From Mantamonas sphyraenae STR306 (taxonomy: Eukaryota; Protista; CRuMs), in contig JAPMXV010000014.1 in the NCBI GenBank assembly GCA_026936335.1, positions 36,708 through 100,707 on the forward strand: a DNA stretch of 64,000 nucleotides, in the 5' to 3' direction. Below the pieces are notes generated by a model. That model saw only the letters and a list, made by a program, of their open reading frames with translations. It was not told the origin of the DNA and ran no database searches. Shown here piece by piece: positions 57,439 through 64,000 of this stretch; positions within the stretch are counted from its first letter, which is position 1; each line of letters opens with the position of its first letter. The position numbers were made by a program, and so were the translations under genes.

Positions 57439-59085
57439 TCCGCCGCCTTCTGTGCCTGCAAAGCCACGGTCTGGCTTGAAGCGGCTTGTGTCCAGAATGC
57501 GATCGAGCTCTTCCTGGCTGTTGTAGGCGCCTGCTCCTCCGTCGGCTTTGGGCTTGTAATTCACATTGGCACTGCTGCCGTTGAACAGAGGCTTGTCGTA
57601 CACGTCATACGAGTCATCGTGGCCGAAACCGCTGTCCATGCCAGCACTCTGGTTGAACAGACGCTGATCATACAACACACCCGCACTGGCCCCGCCACCC
57701 GACGCCTGACCCAGGGCAATCTTTTCACTAATGTCCCTGTCGTCGTCGCGAGCCAGCCGACTGCGCTTCTCCGGCGCTGCGTTCTCCCACCGCTTTTCCC
57801 TCTCGCGCGCTCGCTTGCGATCATTGCGCACCTGGTCACGCGCCCTCTTGGCTTCCAACTCTTCCACATCCATGCCCGCCTCCTCCTCGGCCGCCAGCTG
57901 GCTGCGTTCCATGCGCGCACGCATGGCCAGCTCACGCAGCTCTGCATCCTTCCGCTCCTGCTCCTTCTGTGCCAGCATCTTCTGCACGTTGGCCCGCTTC
58001 TCGATTTCCTCCCGAGCCATGCGTTCCGCCACATACAGCGACTCGGACAGTTTGGCAAAGTTGTCGTTGACGGACACCTCCTGCAGGCCTCGGCCGTCCG
58101 CCGCCAGACGCTTGTCCAAGGCAATGGTGAATCCGTGTGGGTTCTTCCAATTGCTCACACTCGGTGGGATCTTCCACTTGGCCGCCTCCTCCTTGCTCAG
58201 CTTGCGTGGCGGCGAATGCAACACAGGCACCGGTGGCGACCCGGGTCCACGCGGCGCCTTTTTCATCTTGAACTTGGGCGGCTCCAACGGATCCACCACC
58301 TCGTCCACCAAGCGGATGATGCGCTCCTGCCCTGTGACTCCTCCCTGGGCGGATTTGTACTTGACAAACCGCTCCTGCCGCTGCTGGCTGTTCTTGACGT
58401 GTGCCGCGTTGCTCGAGGCCAACTGACCGGTCACACGCTGCTCCAACAGCTTACGTGTCTCCTCCAACTCCGCCTCGGTTTCTTCAGCCTCGGGCCGGGC
58501 CAGCTCTTCCACTTCCATGGCCGCACGGTTCACCGGCACCAACGCACGCGCTGTGGAATGCACCGTGGCGCCTTCCGAGTGACCCTGCTTCACCACCGCG
58601 TCGAAACGCACCTTGCCCTCTGCATCCGTCGTCAATGCCACCGTTGCGGTGCGGTCGCCCATCGGGTTGCCAACAGACAATGCCTTTTTGGCGCTCTGTG
58701 TCCATGCGTGCGTCGCGGGAGGGGCGGGGGAGGTGGGGTCAGCGAGTCGGTTCAAACCATGCGCACTTTCCTCCTTCGCGTCCGTTTGTGCCTGTGATCC
58801 GCCACACACACACACACAGTCCATCCTGTCACCTACGTTGTCTCGGCCCATGTCCAGTGGATACTGTTTGATGTGGATCTCGGGATAGGCGCCGCCGTCG
58901 CCATAGTCGGCTGCCTCGCGAGGCCGCCACCCGGCGCGCGCTCCGTACGGCGGGATCTTCTTGGCCCGCTTCTTCTTGCGCTTGCCACTCTTGGCCACAG
59001 CGCGGCTGTCCGACCCACTGCTGCCCTCGCCGTCCCCCTTGGCCGAATGTTTCGGTGCCGGCAAGATGCTGGTGAGCGACGACAT
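57118..59085 (-). CDS. SNW1: SNW1/SKIP/Prp45 splicing factor (in-frame intron at ~58694-58837)
   Basis: DYGDGGAYPEIH..QYPLDMG, DPLEPPKF, SPPRKL, IPPSVSNWKNPHGFTIALDKRLAADGRGL and YDQRLFNQ. Confidence 0.97.
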
Positions 59086-59172
59086 GGGGCTCGGTGTTGT
59101 GTTGGTTTTGGGTTGACGCTGCTGGAGTGGTGAGTGATTCACTCTTCATTCACATGTCATCCAACTTGATGC

Positions 59173-60600
59173 TTACTTTTCTGTGTCGTTGTTGCTGCTG
59201 TCTGTCCAATCGCCGAGACGTTTGCGCACGAGGAGCTGTGCGTTGGTGGAGGCGTTGGCTGGAAGGTCCAACTCCATGCCCAGGGCTTTGTGCATGGCCA
59301 TGGCCATGAGCGTGGCAAACGTGACTGTGTGCGCCACCTCCCTTCCCTCCTCCTGGATCTGACTCAAGAATTGCAGCGCCTCCTCTGCACGTTCCCTGTC
59401 CAGCAGATACAGCGCCACCAACGTGGTCGCCGTGGTCGTTGCCTGTGACCCCTCATCCAATGCCAACAGTTGCAACTGTTCCACACACGCCTCTGCTGCC
59501 TCTTCGTCCATCAACGGGGACGAGTGATTGTCATACCCACCCCCGCTGCTGCCGCTGCTGCTGCTGCTCGTTTCCTCGCTCCCGCTGCTGCTCCCTTCCT
59601 TGCCACCGTGCACCATGCACATCAGCCGAGAGAACATAACCATGGCCAACACCTCTTCGTCCCCTTCTCCTGCCGTCATGTTGTCCAAGGTTCGGTTTGT
59701 GTGGTCGCTACCCACAGACGCGGCCGTCGACGATGCCAGCTCCAACCCGCCCAATCCCGTCCCATTGAGCTCCAGCTGTGCCCCATCCAAGCCGTCTCCG
59801 ATCTCAGTCTCTCCCACGTCCCCTCCACCACTGCTGCTGCTGCTTCCCATCATGCCTCCTGCTTCGTCGCTCCCAAACTGGTAGCCTGCGGCGAGCATCA
59901 ACGCCAGCTCCTCGTCCGTCAGGGCATCTCCGTGCGCTCCCATGTCCATGTCCAGCATGTCCGACAACAAAAAGCCGTCTGTGCCAGGAATGCCGCCCAT
60001 TCCATCGTCTCCCACGTCCTCGTCCACAGCAACGTATGACTGCGCCAGCTGGGCTGCGTTGGAAGACACCTCGACCAACCCGAATTCGGCTGCCACAACC
60101 GCCGTCGTCGCCAGCAGCTGGTTGAGCGAGTAGAATGGCTGTCCCGCATACGGAACCACATACTCTGTGAATGAAGTCACCTGTGACGCCGCATGTTCCA
60201 CTGCATCGGCCTGCTTGCTCAGATAGGCCGCGTGCAAGAGCATCGACAGCGGCTTTGGCTGCTGGCCACACGTTTTGACCCACAGCGACGCAGCCTCATA
60301 CGTCTCTGCATGCTTGCCCTGGCTATACAGCGCTTGCGTCTGCACAAAACGGACGATGTGTGTGGATGGAGCATGGGCAAAGGGGTGAGGGCGGGCACCA
60401 GTGGTGGACAAAAAGGAACAAGGGTGTGAGTGGACGGGAGGCTCTTGATGCGCCGAAGCCAAACAACTCACCAACAACTCCAGTGCCCCTTCGTCCTGAC
60501 CATCAACCTCCAACGCAGCACGGCAGCAATCCACAGCTGCGTCCAAATCGCCAGCAAAATAGTGGTCCTGTGCCTCGGTGACAAGCTGTGCAGCGGACAT
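59173..60600 (-). CDS. Hypothetical TPR-like protein (in-frame intron likely)
   Basis: AQDHYFAGDLDAAVDCCRAALEVD and ALYSQGKHAE are TPR-like helices. AATGAA lies downstream of the stop. Confidence 0.6.
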   Translation of the reverse strand: MSAAQLVTEAQDHYFAGDLDAAVDCCRAALEVDGQDEGALELLVSCLASAHQEPPVHSHPCSFLSTTGARPHPFAHAPSTHIVRFVQTQALYSQGKHAETYEAASLWVKTCGQQPKPLSMLLHAAYLSKQADAVEHAASQVTSFTEYVVPYAGQPFYSLNQLLATTAVVAAEFGLVEVSSNAAQLAQSYVAVDEDVGDDGMGGIPGTDGFLLSDMLDMDMGAHGDALTDEELALMLAAGYQFGSDEAGGMMGSSSSSGGGDVGETEIGDGLDGAQLELNGTGLGGLELASSTAASVGSDHTNRTLDNMTAGEGDEEVLAMVMFSRLMCMVHGGKEGSSSGSEETSSSSSGSSGGGYDNHSSPLMDEEAAEACVEQLQLLALDEGSQATTTATTLVALYLLDRERAEEALQFLSQIQEEGREVAHTVTFATLMAMAMHKALGMELDLPANASTNAQLLVRKRLGDWTDSSNNDTEK

Positions 60601-60652
60601 TGAAGGGTGGGGGAGTTGGTTCGCGCACCGCATCGATTCGCCCACCACAACC

Positions 60653-62462
60653 ATGAGTGACTATTCGGACGAGGACGACTATTTTGACCCGTCGGATTAC
60701 GACTCGGAGTCGGAGGACTTTGACGATGACGAGGCCCAGGTGGAGAACGAGTACTACAGCAGCAAGGGTCAGTTGTGCGAGAGGGTTGGGACACAGGAAC
60801 AAAACCCGCTGGCTACAGGGCCAAAACACACTCGCACAGTGGTGTGCTCCCAGTGCCCATGTGTCCACATGGCATTCCATACCCGTGGTCGCTGGTGGAC
60901 CTGCGTAGGGCTATGCACACACGGCTGGGACGCAGCGGGCAAACCCGGAATTGAGCGCAAGCAGGGACGCTTTTCCGACGCTGCTGCTGACCCGATACAC
61001 ACCGCACACACGCGCAGATCTCATGGAGGACGATGTTGACGAGGCCATTGAGGGATTCCGCAAGGTCATCGAGCTGGAAAAAGGCACAGAGGAGGGCAAG
61101 GGCGAATGGTAGGCAGGAAGAGGGTTTTGCCACACCAGCCGGTTCACTCCCCGCCACGTTTGCACACACTCACACTCACCACACACATCAACACACACAC
61201 ACACACAGGGGCTTCCGCTCGTGCAAGCGCATCATCAAACTGCTGTGCAACAAGGGCGAGTACCAGGCCACCATCCCTGTGTACGAAGAGATGCTTGTAC
61301 GTTTGCGACAGCTGCGCCGCCGTCGACGTTGTGGGCTCACCAACCCCATCCTGACACCTTCCCCCTTCCCTCCCTGCCTCCTGTCCCCCCCTTTTTCTCC
61401 CTACACCCCATTCGTGCACAGACGTACATCAAGCTGGTGACACGCAACAAGGCAGAAAAGGCCACAGGCCGTCTGCTGGACTTTGTGGCGGCCACAAACC
61501 AGATGGACATCCTGATGCAGTTCTACAAGATCACCTTGGACGTGCTGGGCGACCTGAAGATGGATCGGCTGTGGTTCAACACCAAACTGAAGCAGGCCAA
61601 GCTCTGTTTCCAGCTGGGGGAATACCGTCAGCAAGCCGAGATCCTCAAGGACCTGGTCGAGTCGTGCAAACTGGAAAACGGCGAGGACGACCCCAAGAAG
61701 GGCACGCAGTTGACAGAGATCTACGCCCTGCAGATTCAGATGTACACAGAGACCAAGGACAACAAGAAGCTGAAGGACCTGTACGAAAAGTGTCAGCAGA
61801 TCCAGAGTGCCATCAACCACCCGGCCACCCTGGGTGTCATTTCCGAGTGCGGTGGCAAGATGCACATGCGCGAACAGAACTGGAACGACGCCAAAACCGA
61901 CTTTTTCGAGGCTTTCAAGAGCTACACCGACTGCGGCCACTCGCGTCGCTTCAATTGCCTGCGCTACCTGGTTCTGGCCAACATGCTCATGGACGCCGAA
62001 GTGGACCCTTTTGACGCCCAAGAGACCAAACCGTACAAGAACGACGCCCAGATTGTCTCCATGGTGGCGCTGGTCAACGCGTACCAGAACAACCAGATCT
62101 CCGACTTTGAGCGCATCCTGCAGGACAACCAGAAGGACATCATGGAAGACAACTTTATTGCCGACTACATCGAGGATCTTCTCAACAACTTGCGCAAGAA
62201 CGTGCTCCTCAAGCTCATCAAGCCGTACAAAACCATTCGCCTGGCATACATTGCCGACGCGCTGAACATCCCTGTGGACCAGGTGGAATCCCTGTGTGTC
62301 AGCCTCATCCTGGACGGCCAGCTCAACGCTCTCATTGACCAGGTCAACAATCTGCTGCAGGTCAAGAGCCAGCAGAGCCAGAACGAGATGTACTCCAGCG
62401 TCGACCAGTGGGCCCAGGCGTTGCTGAATCTGCAGACCGGTGTGCACGGCCGTCTGGGATGA
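60653..62462 (+). CDS. COPS2: COP9 signalosome subunit 2 (4 exons)
   Basis: VENEYYSSK, KGEWGFRS, RLWFNTKLK, KKGTQLTEIYALQIQMY, ISECGGKMH, DFFEAFKSY and PCI domain LIKPY..LILDG. Confidence 0.96.
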
Positions 62463-62525
62463 TGTCACCGTCGAAATGAAACATGGTTGATGCTGTGTGG
62501 GATGTCAGTGGATGGGGAGAGTTGG

Positions 62526-62681
62526 AACGCAGAATTCACATCAACACAAACCGAGGGACGTGATTGCTGAAGTTGATCTTCTTTTCAGCTTCGTCAGCCC
62601 AGATCTTGCCCACAGCCATGCCAACAGAACCAATCGGGTGTTTATCTTCTTTTCTTGTGTTTGGGGGTTGTTTTCCTCTTT
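62526..62681. repeat. ~155-bp direct repeat, copy 1
   Basis: AACGCAGAATTCACATCAACACAAACCG...CAGCTTCGTCAGCCCAGATCTTGCCCACAGCCATGCCAACAGAACCAA...TTTTCCTCTTT is repeated with a few differences at 63460-63614. Confidence 0.92.
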
Positions 62682-62726
62682 CCTGTGTGGGATGGGATGC
62701 CCAGCGGCAGCCAAACAAACAAAAAA

Positions 62727-63248
62727 ATGTCCAACACACCAGCACGTAAGGAGCTCAACCGTGGTTCGCAGCACTTCTTGGCAAAGGAGTACGAGGAAGC
62801 CGTGGAGTGTTATGACAGGGTGCTGGAGATGGATGCCACAAACAGGACTGCAGCCTACACCAAAGGGTTTGCGCTCCACAATCTGGGCAGGTACGAAGAG
62901 GCGCTTGAGAGCTTGGACAGGGCGCTGGAAATTGATCCTGATTTCGCGGTGGCGTGGAAACGAAAAGGAAACACACTGGCCGAGATGGGCAAGTACGAAG
63001 AGGCGATCGAGTGCTTCGACAGGGTGCTGGAAGTTGACCCAGAATTTCTGAAGGGTTATAGCGACCAAGGGGACGCCCTGTGTTCTCTCTACTGCGACAA
63101 AGGGCGCGCCCTGTGTGCTCTCGACAACTACGAAGACGCCCTTGCATGCTTCGACCGTGGCCTGGAGGTGGATGCAGACAACATCGAAGCAAAGGAAGAG
63201 AGGTCAAAGTGCGCGCAGCTTATGAAAGACGCAACAGCATCGCAGTAA
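62727..63248 (+). CDS. Small intronless TPR-repeat protein
   Basis: Canonical TPRs: YEEAVECYDRVLEMD, YEEALESLDRALEIDP, YEEAIECFDRVLEVDP and YEDALACFDRGLEVD. Confidence 0.85.
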   Translation: MSNTPARKELNRGSQHFLAKEYEEAVECYDRVLEMDATNRTAAYTKGFALHNLGRYEEALESLDRALEIDPDFAVAWKRKGNTLAEMGKYEEAIECFDRVLEVDPEFLKGYSDQGDALCSLYCDKGRALCALDNYEDALACFDRGLEVDADNIEAKEERSKCAQLMKDATASQ

Positions 63249-63459
63249 GCAAGAGCATGTTGGCGAGTGGAAGTGTGAATGCCGTTGTGGAGAAGAAGGG
63301 ATGGACTGCACAAGGCGACTACGGGACTAGCCTGCTCTCGAAAAAAACACAAACGCGTCGGCAAACGCGTCGGCCAATGCGCTCAAAAGCCTTGCTGGCG
63401 TCGTGTCGACACTGGAGAACTGAGAAAAGGCAAGCCGTGGGTGGCAGAGATGGAATGGA

Positions 63460-63614
63460 AACGCAGAATTCACATCAACACAAACCGGGGGACGTGTTTG
63501 CTTGAAGTTGATCTTCTTCATCAGCTTCGTCAGCCCAGATCTTGCCCACAGCCATGCCAACAGAACCAAACGGGTGTTTATCTTCTTTTTGTGTTTGTGG
63601 TTGTTTTCCTCTTT
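63460..63614. repeat. ~155-bp direct repeat, copy 2
   Basis: Close match to 62526-62681. Confidence 0.92.
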
Positions 63615-63799
63615 AGAAAAGAATGGTTGTGGCATTATTTGTTTTTGAATGCCAGGTTGTTTGTAGTTTGTTTGTCGAGGGTGCGGCTCCGACGTGCGTG
63701 ACTGGGTGGACGACTGCAGGGCTTTGCCCTCGTCCTTCCACACCATCCACCACACCGCCGTCACCAAAATGCACACACTCGAGAGGCCAGGCCGGGCGC

Positions 63800-64000
<201 letters not shown>

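Overview
This is gene-dense eukaryotic (protist-like) DNA with short GT-AG introns and very small intergenic gaps. About 25 host genes are recognisable: CCDC77-like, a CBS-domain protein, SARAF, an LCAT-like lipase, filamin-PH, a TMX3-like PDI, MCM2, a PLD-LTD protein, ankyrin/coiled-coil, Sec10, adenosine deaminase, proteasome beta-4, BBS8, an IQ-repeat protein, ENPP, succinyl-CoA ligase beta, UAP56, SNW1, CSN2, TPR proteins and histone H3. Several conserved genes carry single-base frameshifts that look like assembly errors. The outstanding feature is a ~9 kb mobile element (candidate ends 45621-54607, TGT...ACA, flanked by ATGATG direct repeats) between the succinyl-CoA ligase stop codon and UAP56. 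It encodes an intact IS630/Tc1-mariner DD34E transposase with a Pax paired-like N-terminus. It also encodes a spliced ~2140-aa protein with a complete Fanzor/TnpB-type RuvC nuclease at its C-terminus and an apparent zinc finger plus USP-like cysteine protease at its N-terminus. A hairpin-rich segment after this gene is a candidate omega-RNA. All assignments come from reading motifs by eye; no searches were run.
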